47,156 bases of DNA, from assembly GCA_032126655.1 (NCBI GenBank), contig JAQBAU010000059.1:1-47156 (forward strand), in the 5' to 3' direction. This DNA is from Desulfobacterales bacterium (GTDB taxonomy: Bacteria > Desulfobacterota > Desulfobacteria > Desulfobacterales > C00003060). How positions within the stretch are numbered: position 1 is the stretch's first letter; each line of letters opens with the position of its first letter. The position numbers were made by a program, and so were the translations under genes. This document shows positions 29,406-39,237 of this stretch, one piece after another. The notes under the pieces are model-generated. The model did not search any database. It was not told the DNA's origin and was given only the letters and a program-made list of their open reading frames with translations.

Positions 29406-29770
29406 TCTGCTTTCAGAAAATCGCCGAGAGACGCATACTTGAAGCCATCCGCGAGGGAGCCTTTGACGACCTGCCTGGGGCAGGCCAGCCGCTCAAGCTT
29501 GAGGACGATTCCAACGTGCCGGAGGATCTCCGGATTGCTTACAAAATTCTGAAAAACTCCGGCTACGTGCCTAAGGAAATTGCTCTTAGAAAAGAGATTG
29601 CACAGGCCGAGGATCTCCTGGACGGCATGGAAGATACAAAAGCCAAGTACCGCCAGTTGAAAAAACTGAATTTCCTTATTACGAGGTTGAACATTCTGCG
29701 CAAAACCTCCGTCAACCTCGAGATGGATCAACGCTATGAGAAGAAGCTTGTGGAGCGGCTTGGGCGTTGA
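29402..29770 (+). CDS. DUF1992 / DnaJ-family-associated protein
   Basis: AE.RI.EA...GAFDDLPGAGQPL and ILKNSGYVP. Confidence 0.85.
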   Translation: MICFQKIAERRILEAIREGAFDDLPGAGQPLKLEDDSNVPEDLRIAYKILKNSGYVPKEIALRKEIAQAEDLLDGMEDTKAKYRQLKKLNFLITRLNILRKTSVNLEMDQRYEKKLVERLGR

Positions 29771-29776
29771 TTCGAT

Positions 29777-30433
29777 ATGTTGGATAGGAAGACCACTCTA
29801 CTCGACTTGTATGCCAGGCTGTACAAGGCCTTTGGACCAAGGCATTGGTGGCCGGCCGACTCCGGGTTTGAAGTCGCTGTTGGTGCTATTCTTACCCAGA
29901 ATACAGCATGGCGAAATGTAACCAAGGCGATAGCCAACTTGAAAGCAAGACGTCTCCTGTCGCCGCGCGGTTTGTACGATGTGCCGGACCGAGATCTGGC
30001 AAAAGCGATCAGGCCTTCGGGCTACTACAATGTGAAGGCCCGGCGACTGAAATACTTTGTTCATTTCCTGTTCGAGGAGAGTGACGGGGACTTTGATCAG
30101 CTTTTTACCAAGGACTTTGACGCATTGAGGGAGAAGTTGTTGGCCGTCAACGGGATCGGACCAGAGACGGCTGACAGCATCCTGCTTTACGCTGGAAACA
30201 AACCGACCTTTGTTGTTGATGCCTATACGAGACGGATCCTATTCAGGCATAATTGCACTCCTGAAGAGATTCCCTACGATGAGCTTAGGAATTTTTTCAT
30301 GGACTGCCTGGAGCCTGACACCACCATGTTTAACGAGTACCATGCACTTCTGGTCCATCTTGGGCACACATTCTGCGTAAGAAAAGACCCAAAGTGTACC
30401 GAATGTCCTGCCAGAGGATGGAATGAAGAATAA
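29777..30433 (+). CDS. Endonuclease III-like HhH-GPD glycosylase
   Basis: WWPA, GAILTQNT.W.NV, GIGPETADSILLY, VVDAY, C...PKC..CP. Confidence 0.88.
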   Translation: MLDRKTTLLDLYARLYKAFGPRHWWPADSGFEVAVGAILTQNTAWRNVTKAIANLKARRLLSPRGLYDVPDRDLAKAIRPSGYYNVKARRLKYFVHFLFEESDGDFDQLFTKDFDALREKLLAVNGIGPETADSILLYAGNKPTFVVDAYTRRILFRHNCTPEEIPYDELRNFFMDCLEPDTTMFNEYHALLVHLGHTFCVRKDPKCTECPARGWNEE

Positions 30434-30917
30434 GACTCACCACTCACCTCAGCCACAGGAAAGCATCTTCAAGGGTGTTCTCCTTGCCTACTTTGTCCTC
30501 GTTTTTCACGTGGTTCTGATCATCGGCCTCGGGGCCATAATGTTCTTATTCGGGGGTGTTGTTGCACACCTGCCATGGATACTGGCCCTTGGTCTCGTTG
30601 CGGTGGTTGGATCATGCTACCTGTGGTGGCAGCATCTCAAAAAGCGCGGTAAGACCTTAAGAGATATTGTTAGAGATCCCCTTTTTGAAGGACGCAGCGT
30701 AGAAGTGACACTTCTTGGAGGACTTGCAAGTTTCAAGCTGGGACAGCCCAGGGAACCACTCACGATTGAGTATTCCGCTTCTGAAGGCCCTAAGCAAATT
30801 CAAGATTCTACGACCCGCCCTGCTGAAGAACTGACCAAACTTGCCCTTCTCCTGAAACAAGATCTGATCACCATAGACGAGTACCTTGAGGTTAAAAAGG
30901 ACATTATTGGTCAATGA
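30423..30917 (+). CDS. Two-TM membrane protein with C-terminal SHOCT-like helix
   Basis: Hydrophobic N-half, EL.KLA.L....LIT.DEY...KK.I, and overlap with both neighbours. Confidence 0.65.
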   Translation: MKNKTHHSPQPQESIFKGVLLAYFVLVFHVVLIIGLGAIMFLFGGVVAHLPWILALGLVAVVGSCYLWWQHLKKRGKTLRDIVRDPLFEGRSVEVTLLGGLASFKLGQPREPLTIEYSASEGPKQIQDSTTRPAEELTKLALLLKQDLITIDEYLEVKKDIIGQ

Positions 30918-31846
30918 CAAAACTCAACGTAGCCTTGCTGTCGGGTGGTATTTCGTCTGAGCGTGAGGTTTCTCTTAAGAGTGGCAATCAAGTATACGAA
31001 GCCCTCGACAAAACCAGATATCACGTCACCCGCTTCGATCCGGCGACCGACCTTGGAAAGCTTGTAGCGGACGCATCCGAGATAAATGTGGCACTGATCG
31101 TATTGCACGGACCGTACGGCGAAGACGGCACGGTTCAGGGTCTTTTCGATCTCCTCCGTATCCCCTATCAGGGTTCCGGCGTGTTGGGAAGTGCCCTGGC
31201 CATGGACAAATGGACTTCAAAACGTCTTTACATGGAGGCAGGGCTTTCGGTACCTCCGTTTCACGTTCTTACGAAAGGCCAGGCATATGATGCGGAAGTC
31301 ATATCCCGTGAACTCGGGTTCCCAGTCGTGGTCAAGCCGAGGCTCGGTGGGTCGAGCATTGGCACGACGATCGTGCAGACGCCGGAAGCACTGCCCGAAG
31401 CCCTGGAAAGCGCCTATCAATATGGTGCCGATGTGATCCTGGAGACCTATCTTGACGGGACTGAGGTCACGGGGGGCGTTCTCGGAAATGACGACCTCGA
31501 GCTGCTTCCCATTGTTGAAATCATCCCGGAGTCAGACTATGCATTCTTTGACTATGAGGCAAAATATAAGGAGGGGGCTACCCGGGAGATCTGCCCGGCC
31601 CGTATCAATGAGGAGCTCTCGCGCCAAGCCCAATCGTGTGCGGCCACAGCGCATCGAGCGCTGTGCTGTCGCGGATACAGCCGCACTGACATGATCATTC
31701 GTGATGAAACCATCCATGTATTGGAAACGAATACAATCCCGGGGATGACGCCTGTTAGCCTCTTCCCGCTGGCCGCAAAGACCGCCGGGATATCATTCGG
31801 CAAACTGCTGGACCGGCTAATCGAGCTTGCCCTGGAAAGCAAATAG
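30914..31846 (+). CDS. ddl: D-alanine--D-alanine ligase
   Basis: GGISSEREVSL.SG, LHGPYGEDG, GSSIG, omega loop DYEAKY, ETNTIPG. Confidence 0.94.
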   Translation: MTKLNVALLSGGISSEREVSLKSGNQVYEALDKTRYHVTRFDPATDLGKLVADASEINVALIVLHGPYGEDGTVQGLFDLLRIPYQGSGVLGSALAMDKWTSKRLYMEAGLSVPPFHVLTKGQAYDAEVISRELGFPVVVKPRLGGSSIGTTIVQTPEALPEALESAYQYGADVILETYLDGTEVTGGVLGNDDLELLPIVEIIPESDYAFFDYEAKYKEGATREICPARINEELSRQAQSCAATAHRALCCRGYSRTDMIIRDETIHVLETNTIPGMTPVSLFPLAAKTAGISFGKLLDRLIELALESK

Positions 31847-31859
31847 TTAGGGAATTCTT

Positions 31860-32603
31860 GTGATTATCCGAACGAACCTCGAGCTAAAGGAACGATATGA
31901 TACGCTTAAGGCGGGCGACTGTTTCATCGGGTTGCTCAGCTTTAAGCATCTAAAGCACCGCGCCTTTGTTGACCTTATAGAAAGGGGGGTCCGGATTTTC
32001 CCTTCTGCGCTCTCTCAGACCTTAGGTCGTTCCAAAGTTGCCCAGGCCCTTGCCCTTCGACCTTGGATGCTTCCTCATACGCTGATTATTGCCAGGCGTG
32101 CAGATTTGATGCAGGCTATCAATACATATAATCAACACGGCATCGGTGCTGTAGTCACCAAGGAAGACTATCTTCAATGCGGATTCGGGGTCCATCGGTG
32201 GGACAATACTGAGGCCGTGTATAACCAAGCTTCTTACAATGCCATCGCATACCCGTTTGTGTTGCAGCCGTTTGTTGAGAACTACACCGACATACGGGTC
32301 ATTGTGGCGGGCGATTATTTCGAAGCTTATACGCGTGAAAACCCAAATAACTTCAGAATGAACCTCACAGTAGGTGGAACCAGCAAACCTTATTCCATTA
32401 CAGACGACCAGCTTGCCGTCTGCCGTGCCGCGATGGAGCGAGGGAAGTTTCCTTATGCCCACGTGGATTTGCTGATCAATGAGGAAGGCCGTTGCTTTTT
32501 GTCAGAAGCTGCCCTGAATGGCGGAATGAAAGGGTCCCGTATTAGTCGGGAAGAGCTCGATCGAATCAAGAAGGATATTCTTGAAGAGATGGCCACATCG
32601 TGA
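31860..32603 (+). CDS. RimK-like ATP-grasp protein
   Basis: PFVLQPF, DIRV, NFRMN..GG, HVDL, LSE. Confidence 0.7.
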   Translation: MIIRTNLELKERYDTLKAGDCFIGLLSFKHLKHRAFVDLIERGVRIFPSALSQTLGRSKVAQALALRPWMLPHTLIIARRADLMQAINTYNQHGIGAVVTKEDYLQCGFGVHRWDNTEAVYNQASYNAIAYPFVLQPFVENYTDIRVIVAGDYFEAYTRENPNNFRMNLTVGGTSKPYSITDDQLAVCRAAMERGKFPYAHVDLLINEEGRCFLSEAALNGGMKGSRISREELDRIKKDILEEMATS

Positions 32604-33022
32604 GGGAAGTGAGAGCAGAGCATTTTTCAAAAGGGATCCAGTGGTCGTTAGAGTTGATGGGCATGACTTACGTGGCCATGGGGGTCCTCTTTCTGGTAAA
32701 TCCAGATTGGATTATCCTTGTCACAAACCAGGTTTTTGCGGGCCAAGATTGGCCGGTCGTGTTCTTCCCAACGGAGAGGTTTTGGTTCTCACTGGCGGTT
32801 ACCGTGCCGGGCACCCGCGCTTTTTTAGCCTTTACAGCCTCAAGAAGGCCAACCGAAGCCAGGCTCTGCATCAAGGTCTTACAAATCTCTCTGGTGCTGG
32901 CAGCCATTTTGTTTGCGCTGCAATTCATCTTCCGTAAACATGCTCCCCTCTACGCCCTCGGGTTCTTCGTTGAAGCCGTACAAGTCATCTTTTACATCTA
33001 CTTGTACCGAAAGCTTCCCTGA
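32600..33022 (+). CDS. Four-TM hypothetical membrane protein
   Basis: Four hydrophobic stretches; GTGA overlap with the upstream gene. Confidence 0.6.
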   Translation: MREVRAEHFSKGIQWSLELMGMTYVAMGVLFLVNPDWIILVTNQVFAGQDWPVVFFPTERFWFSLAVTVPGTRAFLAFTASRRPTEARLCIKVLQISLVLAAILFALQFIFRKHAPLYALGFFVEAVQVIFYIYLYRKLP

Positions 33023-33257
33023 CCTATCCCCCCGGTTCCTTCCCATAGTCGACACGCAGTGAGTCAGTCCCTGGTCTGAAAGACAGGAGCATCCTTTCTT
33101 CGCCCATCCTGTAAAATGGGCAGGGATGAATGGCGATTGTTGCTATTCTGACGGCGTCTTGAGCCCGCATCGGGGATCGGTATTTTGCTTGTCAGGTAGG
33201 TGACGTATTCCTGCTCCGCAATTCGGACTAAAACGCTTAAGTTTTATGGCTTTACTG

Positions 33258-33296
33258 TGATTTTTCCTTGACAAAATCAGGGCTTTTGGGTAAAGG
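33258..33296 (+). promoter_or_regulatory. Putative qrc promoter with operator-like inverted repeat
   Basis: TTGACA(33268)-N17-TAAAGG; TGATTTT-N8-AAAATCA spans the -35. Confidence 0.55.
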
Positions 33297-33539
33297 GGAC
33301 GATACGCTTTTCGCAGTATCAATCGCGGCATTTTCACCGTACAGTCTCATCTGACAAAAAAGTCTTTTTTTGGCACAAACCCGTACCAAAGTGAACGTCT
33401 TAAGGTCACCGCACCCATCTGGACAAACGGATGAAATGGGGTGAATTGAGGCGCTACCCGTCGTTATGAACCAGCATGACCCATAGTTACAGACGTCCTA
33501 TTATCTCAACCTCTAAAAACTTAACGACTTGGAGTTTCC

Positions 33540-34247
33540 ATGAGCACAACAGAGGAAAAAGAGCAAGCTGTAGCTGAGGAGCAGGAACAGGCAAGCGATG
33601 AGCAAGCCGCGCAAGGGGCGCCTGCTGAAGAAGAGCATGAGCCGGCAAAACCAGGGAACTGGCGGTTTCTGATACCCATTATCGCGTTGGCCGTGGGCTT
33701 TGGGGCCCATTTTGTGCCCGGTTGGATACTCTTCCCGCAACTCCTGTACGGTAAGAAACTGCAGCCCATTGATTTCAACCACAAGCTCCATGTGGCAGAA
33801 ACGGGTGAATGCGAAGGTTGTCACTATTTCCGCGATGATGGCAGCTTCTCGGGGGTTCCCAAACTGGCCTCCTGTGTTGAGTGCCATGAAGAACAGCTTG
33901 GAAGCCATCCCGAAGAAGCCAAACTCGTCAAGGATTACGTTGAGCCGGGCAAGGAGATCCCTTGGCTCATCTATGCCCGTCAACCTCAGTGCGTGTTTTT
34001 CTCCCACTCAGCCCATATAACAATGGGGGGGATGGAGTGCTCCACCTGTCACGGGCAGATCGGGGATTCCACGCACACGAAGACTTACCAGTACAATCGT
34101 CTCACCCTGTACAGCCGCGACATCTGGGGATATAACATCGCTGGCTACAAGAAGCACACCTGGGATCGCATGAAGATGGACGACTGTGCTGAGTGCCACT
34201 TGGAAAAGACAGGACACAAAGGCGCCTGCTTTCAGTGCCACAAGTAA
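33540..34247 (+). CDS. qrcA: Qrc complex multiheme cytochrome c subunit
   Basis: One TM, five CxxCH motifs, QPIDFNH, VFFSH; first gene of an ABCD operon. Confidence 0.9.
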   Translation: MSTTEEKEQAVAEEQEQASDEQAAQGAPAEEEHEPAKPGNWRFLIPIIALAVGFGAHFVPGWILFPQLLYGKKLQPIDFNHKLHVAETGECEGCHYFRDDGSFSGVPKLASCVECHEEQLGSHPEEAKLVKDYVEPGKEIPWLIYARQPQCVFFSHSAHITMGGMECSTCHGQIGDSTHTKTYQYNRLTLYSRDIWGYNIAGYKKHTWDRMKMDDCAECHLEKTGHKGACFQCHK

Positions 34248-34292
34248 GGTGTCGGATATACTGCCTATTGGTTATATGCAAGGGGAAGGTCT

Positions 34293-36632
34293 ATGAAACT
34301 GGACAGAAGAACTTTTATTGAGGTCGCGCTTGGATTCTCGATTGGAGCCGGTACCGGGTTTATGCTCACCCCGGTAAACTGGAAGCTGATGGACGATATG
34401 ACCATCTGGAGCCAGGAGCTCTGGCCGCGGTACCAGCTTGGAGGTCTGAAAGGCAAGCTTCCTCAGCGGGGGGAAGTAAGCAACGCGGACACCGTCTGCA
34501 AGCTGTGTCCGGGCGGGTGCGGTATCACGGTTCGTAAAGTTGAAAAACGTGCCACCAAGATAGAGGGAAGAGACGGATACCCTGTTAATGACGGAGGAAT
34601 ATGTCCCCTGGGAGCATCCGGTCTTCAACTCCTGTATGGCCCTTGGCGGACTCCAGGTCCGCTAAAGCGTTCGGGAAAGAGAGGCTCGGGCCATTTTTCA
34701 AGAATCTCATGGGAAGAAGCGATTCACGAGGTTGTCGAGAAACTTTCCGCACTGCGACATCACGGCGAGGCGCATAAGGTGGCAGCAATCCTTGATTCGG
34801 ATCGCGGGACTGTGCCGCAACTATTCAGCCGATTCCTGCAAGCCTACGGTTCCCCGAATTTCATTCGCACAGCTTCTGACCAGGACACATATGAATTGAC
34901 TCTCAAGCTCATGCAGGGAGCTGACAGTTCGGTAGGCTATGACCTGGAGGGAGCAAACTTCATATTGAGTTTTGGAAGTGGCCTCATCGAAGGATGGGGT
35001 GCACCTGTTCGGGTCATTCAAGCGCACAGCATATGGCGATCAGGGAACGGGACAAAACGGGCCAAGGTAGTTCAGATCGAACCACGTCTGTCCAACACGG
35101 CAGCTAAAGCCGACGACTGGTACCCCATCAAGCCTGGAACAGAAGGCGCCCTGGCCATGGGATTGGCCCACGTGATCGTCAAAGAATCACTATACGACTT
35201 CAGTTTTATCGGAAGCCAGACATTTGGGTTTGAAGATTGGAGTGACGTTACTGGCAAGACTTATACCGGGTTCAAACGGCTTGTCATGGACGAATATGGA
35301 CCGGCAAACGTGTCCAAAATCACAGGCCTTTCTGCCAAAAAGATCGTGGATCTTGCCCGTGCCTTTGCAAAAGCCGAGCGTCCCCTGGCAGTGTGGGGTC
35401 GTGGCAAAGGAACCACGTCAGGAAGCCTTTACGAATGCATGGCCGTCCATGCGCTTAACGCCCTGGTGGGCAACATCAACAAACCGGGAGGGGTGTCGAC
35501 ACGTCCCGAAGTAGCAATGCAGCCATGGCCGGAAGTAGTGGTGGACAACATTGCCTGGGCCGGTTCCAGCATGCCCCGCGCAGATGGCGCCGGTACGAGC
35601 CGTTATCCCTTGACCAAGTATCTGCCGGATCGATGGCCTCAGATTGTCAGTGGGTCAGACGGAGGCGGGATCAAGGCCCTCCTTGTACAGGGTGCCGATC
35701 CATGCTTCACCACTATGGACTCTGCGGCCGTGGCCAAAGCGTTTGAGCAGATTCCGTTTGTGGTGAGTTTTTCCACCTTCCTGGATGAAACGGCTTTTAA
35801 TGCCGACCTTGTTCTGCCTAATCATCACTATCTGGAACGATGGGAGGATGTTCCAACGCCAATTGGCCTGCACAAGCCCGTTCTCGGGTTGTGCAAACCA
35901 GTAGTGTCACCTCAGTTTGACACTAAGCATGTGGGAGATGTTCTCATGACAATCGCCAAGTCCTTGGGCGGAACCGTTGCTGAGGCCTTCCCATGGGGAG
36001 ACTATGAAAGCGTATTGAAGGACACCATGGGCGAAAAGTGGGACACGTTGGAAGAAATGGGCTATGTGGCTGAGGCGGATTACAGACTTTCCACATGGGG
36101 TAGCACCTTTGGCACGCCTTCGGGTAAGTTTGAGTTCTATGTCTCGACTTTTGACCAAGCAGGCAAAGAAATAAGCGAAGATGTTGGGTATTTACCTCAC
36201 TATCAGCCGATAAAACCAGAGGGTAATGCCGTTAGGTATCCGCTCATTTTGATCCCCACGGAGCTGATGCGACTGGCAGATGGCGCCGTTGGAAACCCGC
36301 CATTTTGCACAAAGACCATGGAGGAAAATGAGTTGAAAGGGAATGATCTTTTCGTGGAGGTCAACCCGAAAACAGCTGCCGAATATGGCCTTTCCGAAGG
36401 TCTGCATGCCACGCTCACAACCCCCAAGGGAAAAGGAACGGTGCTCGTGCATCTATCTGAGGGCATCATGCCTGGCCTCATTGGCATCCCCAAGGGTCTT
36501 GGGCATACGGCTTACGACGATTACCTGGCAGGGAAAGGTATCAGCGCAAATAGCCTTATGGGTGTTGTGGAAGACCCGGTTTCTGGCCTGTGCGCCACCT
36601 GGGGTATTCGGGCCAAACTGACCAGAGCATAA
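34293..36632 (+). CDS. qrcB: Qrc complex molybdopterin-oxidoreductase-like subunit
   Basis: Tat signal RRTFI, CKLCPGGC...C, DMSO-reductase-family fold motifs, and context. Confidence 0.9.
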   Translation: MKLDRRTFIEVALGFSIGAGTGFMLTPVNWKLMDDMTIWSQELWPRYQLGGLKGKLPQRGEVSNADTVCKLCPGGCGITVRKVEKRATKIEGRDGYPVNDGGICPLGASGLQLLYGPWRTPGPLKRSGKRGSGHFSRISWEEAIHEVVEKLSALRHHGEAHKVAAILDSDRGTVPQLFSRFLQAYGSPNFIRTASDQDTYELTLKLMQGADSSVGYDLEGANFILSFGSGLIEGWGAPVRVIQAHSIWRSGNGTKRAKVVQIEPRLSNTAAKADDWYPIKPGTEGALAMGLAHVIVKESLYDFSFIGSQTFGFEDWSDVTGKTYTGFKRLVMDEYGPANVSKITGLSAKKIVDLARAFAKAERPLAVWGRGKGTTSGSLYECMAVHALNALVGNINKPGGVSTRPEVAMQPWPEVVVDNIAWAGSSMPRADGAGTSRYPLTKYLPDRWPQIVSGSDGGGIKALLVQGADPCFTTMDSAAVAKAFEQIPFVVSFSTFLDETAFNADLVLPNHHYLERWEDVPTPIGLHKPVLGLCKPVVSPQFDTKHVGDVLMTIAKSLGGTVAEAFPWGDYESVLKDTMGEKWDTLEEMGYVAEADYRLSTWGSTFGTPSGKFEFYVSTFDQAGKEISEDVGYLPHYQPIKPEGNAVRYPLILIPTELMRLADGAVGNPPFCTKTMEENELKGNDLFVEVNPKTAAEYGLSEGLHATLTTPKGKGTVLVHLSEGIMPGLIGIPKGLGHTAYDDYLAGKGISANSLMGVVEDPVSGLCATWGIRAKLTRA

Positions 36633-36651
36633 TGACTAAGAAGAGGTAACC

Positions 36652-37452
36652 ATGAAAGAGGCACATCACGGCGAAGGAGATACAAAGACTTACAGGTACG
36701 GTATGGTCGTCAATCTGGATAAGTGTACCGGCTGCGGCGCCTGCATGGTGGCCTGCATGGCTGAGAACAACTTACCCTTTAGGAAAGACAATAGTGACAG
36801 GCTGCGCAGTCAACTCTGGATGCGAGTTTATAAGATTTCCAATGGCCAGCCTTTTCCAGATGCAGACATCTCTTACATTCCCAGGCCGTGTCAACATTGT
36901 GAGGGCAAAGACCACCATCATGCCACACCGTGCGTGTCAGTATGCCCGGCAACAGCAACAGACTACAGTCACGAAACCGGCATTGTGAGTCAGATCTATA
37001 CGCGCTGCTTTGGCTGCCGTTACTGCATGGCCGCGTGTCCCTATCACGTACGTGTTTTCAACTGGTGGGACCCGGTGTGGCCAAAGGGGATGAAAAACTA
37101 TCTCAATCCCGACGTGTCGGTTCGTATGCGGGGTGTCGTGGAAAAATGTAGTTTTTGCTACCATCGTCTCCAGCGGGCAAGAAACAAGGCTTACGCAGAA
37201 GAACGCCGCGAGCTTCATGAGGACGAATATCAAACAGCCTGTACGCAGGCCTGCCCTGCCGGAGCAATTACTTTCGGGGATCTGGACGACCCGCACCACA
37301 AGGTCTATAAGTTGAAGAAGGATCCTAATGCTTTCCGGCTTCTGGAAAAGCTCGGCACCAACACCAAGGTCTACTATGTTTCAACGAGGGACTGGGTCCG
37401 AAAGGCCGCCCACGCCTACACAGGTAAAAATCAGGGTATCATGCCAGGCTAG
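36652..37452 (+). CDS. qrcC: Qrc complex Fe-S subunit
   Basis: CTGCGAC..AC, CQHC..PCVSVCP, CFGCRYCMAACP, KCSFC..CTQACP. Confidence 0.92.
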   Translation: MKEAHHGEGDTKTYRYGMVVNLDKCTGCGACMVACMAENNLPFRKDNSDRLRSQLWMRVYKISNGQPFPDADISYIPRPCQHCEGKDHHHATPCVSVCPATATDYSHETGIVSQIYTRCFGCRYCMAACPYHVRVFNWWDPVWPKGMKNYLNPDVSVRMRGVVEKCSFCYHRLQRARNKAYAEERRELHEDEYQTACTQACPAGAITFGDLDDPHHKVYKLKKDPNAFRLLEKLGTNTKVYYVSTRDWVRKAAHAYTGKNQGIMPG

Positions 37453-37471
37453 CCCTTAATTCATAGAAGGA

Positions 37472-38731
37472 GTGTTTGTTATGGATTCTGCATCAGCCCC
37501 ATTTGATTCTGCACTATTTCCGGAAGGTACCAAACGGTGTCAACTCAGATGGTTTATTGTATGGCTCGGTATACTGCACGGCCCTCTAATGGTCGGAGTT
37601 CTCGCCGCAGTCATGTGCTGGGGCTTGGCCCTCAATGTGACCTATCTGAACAACAACTTCCCGTTTGGGTTGTGGATTGCCGCAGACCTGGGGGTCATTG
37701 CCCTGGGCGCTGGAGCTTTTTTCACGGGTTTTCTAAGATATGTCGTGAAAATAGATGAGCTCAAGAACATCGTCAATTATGCGGTGGTCATCGGAGTTGT
37801 TTGCTACGCGGCTGCGCAGGGCATACTGGGCGTTGACATCGGTCAGCCCTTGAGAGGCTGGTTCATTTTCTGGCACGCCAATGTCCACTCCATGTTGACA
37901 GAGGTGGCTTTCTGCATCACGTGCTACTTCATGGTCCTGTGTATTGAGTACCTCCCTTTGATTCTGGAAAACCGTCAGATAAACAAACTTGGCTTCTTTC
38001 ACGGTATGGCACACCATCTTCATGAGGCCATGCCGACGATTGCAGCCATCGGCGTGTTTCTTTCCTTCTTTCATCAGGGCTCACTGGGTGGCGTCCCCGG
38101 CGTGCTCTACGGTCGTCCTTTTGCCTTCCGGGAAGGCTTTTTGGTGTGGCCGTGGACATTCTTCCTGTTCATTCTTTCGGCCATCGCTTGTGGCCCGTGC
38201 TTCACTATCCTGATCACCTGGATCACAGAGAGATTTGCCCGAAAGCAACTCGTCAAGAGAAACGTCTTCGATATTCTGGCCAAGATTTCCGGGAGATTGC
38301 TGGCCCTTTATCTTGTCCTGAAGACCATGGATACCATTTACTGGATTGCTGTTGCCGGCAAGGCAGGAGCTCCTTTCCGCAGCTTCTATACAAATCAGCC
38401 TTACGGTTACTGGGTGTTGGTTATGGAACTCGGTATCCTGGGCGTCATCCCGATGATCATCCTGCTAAATAAAAGGGCGCGGCAGAATGAGAACCTTTTG
38501 ATTCTGGCCTGTATTCTAAACTGTTCAGGCATCTTTATGAATCGGTGGATCATGACCGTACAGTCGCTTGCAGTACCCGTTATGTCGTTTGACAAGTTTG
38601 TGAGCTATCATCCGAACTGGGTAGAATATGCCAGCACGCTCATGTTTGTGTGGGTGGGTGTTATTGTGATATCAATCTCGTATCGGTATTTGCCGATCTT
38701 TCCTCAAGAGAAGGAGCTAAACCCCTTATAG
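37472..38731 (+). CDS. qrcD: Qrc complex NrfD/PsrC-family membrane subunit
   Basis: About 10 TMs; WIAADL, DIGQPLR, LTEV, SFFHQGSLGG. Start GTG 37472 or ATG 37481. Confidence 0.92.
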   Translation: MFVMDSASAPFDSALFPEGTKRCQLRWFIVWLGILHGPLMVGVLAAVMCWGLALNVTYLNNNFPFGLWIAADLGVIALGAGAFFTGFLRYVVKIDELKNIVNYAVVIGVVCYAAAQGILGVDIGQPLRGWFIFWHANVHSMLTEVAFCITCYFMVLCIEYLPLILENRQINKLGFFHGMAHHLHEAMPTIAAIGVFLSFFHQGSLGGVPGVLYGRPFAFREGFLVWPWTFFLFILSAIACGPCFTILITWITERFARKQLVKRNVFDILAKISGRLLALYLVLKTMDTIYWIAVAGKAGAPFRSFYTNQPYGYWVLVMELGILGVIPMIILLNKRARQNENLLILACILNCSGIFMNRWIMTVQSLAVPVMSFDKFVSYHPNWVEYASTLMFVWVGVIVISISYRYLPIFPQEKELNPL

Positions 38732-38744
38732 GAAGGACGCTGCC

Positions 38745-38915
38745 ATGTTTCCATTTGCTTTTGAATGGGTAAACGACCCTGTACATTTTGTCTTTATGGG
38801 TTCCCTTTACACGGTTTTGTTATGTTTGGTCATCATTCTTCACTACTGCGGTATTCGTGCCTTCCTCGACGTGATCTGCAAGAAAGGTGGGAACGGACAC
38901 GATGAGCATCATTGA
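38745..38915 (+). CDS. 56-aa single-TM protein with His-rich tail (MFPFAFEWVNDPVHFVFMGSLY...GHDEHH)
   Basis: ATG 14 nt after the qrcD stop with an AAGGA SD; hydrophobic core; below the ORF-track cutoff. Confidence 0.8.
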   Translation: MFPFAFEWVNDPVHFVFMGSLYTVLLCLVIILHYCGIRAFLDVICKKGGNGHDEHH

Positions 38916-38950
38916 CTTGAAACTGGAAGGGTTAAATAGAGGAGTTCGAT

Positions 38951-39154
38951 ATGGATCTTGCTAGACTATTAGGAATCCTGGTTGTTTTTGGAGTACCTGC
39001 AATCATTGGTGGAGGTCTTGTCATACACCTCTTTCACAGCTGGGTGGCAGTGTGGATCTATGAAATTTTGCTTGTCGGCCTGGCTGCCAGGACTGCTTAT
39101 AACGCTGCCGGCAAGTCTGCGCCCGATGACCACGGGCATGAACATGCCCACTAG
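38951..39154 (+). CDS. 67-aa two-TM protein with His-rich tail (DDHGHEHAH)
   Basis: GAGGAG SD; lies before the operon terminator. Confidence 0.8.
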   Translation: MDLARLLGILVVFGVPAIIGGGLVIHLFHSWVAVWIYEILLVGLAARTAYNAAGKSAPDDHGHEHAH

Positions 39155-39195
39155 TGTAACGCTTCCAGCCCAGAAATAGGGTCTTTTTCACATGC

Positions 39196-39227
39196 AAGGG
39201 GCGGCTGCTACAATGGCCGCCCCTTTT
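39196..39227 (+). terminator. Intrinsic terminator of the qrc operon
   Basis: AAGGGGCGGC...GCCGCCCCTT followed by TT. Confidence 0.75.
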
Positions 39228-39237
39228 ATATGTTCTC

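Noticed and set aside
30914-31846. Van-type D-Ala-D-Lac ligase
   Set aside because: The omega loop has the Tyr of D-Ala-D-Ala ligases (DYEAKY) and there are no vanH/vanX neighbours.
33255-33274. Rex operator-like CTGTGA...TTGACAA
   Set aside because: The half-site spacing is 2 nt too long and the match to TTGTGAA-N4-TTCACAA is poor.
33369-33387. Possible sigma54 site TTTGGCAC upstream of qrcA
   Set aside because: There is no TTGC -12 element at the required spacing.
34293-38731. Polysulfide/tetrathionate reductase (PsrABC-like)
   Set aside because: The upstream pentaheme cytochrome and the QrcD-type motifs fit QrcABCD better.
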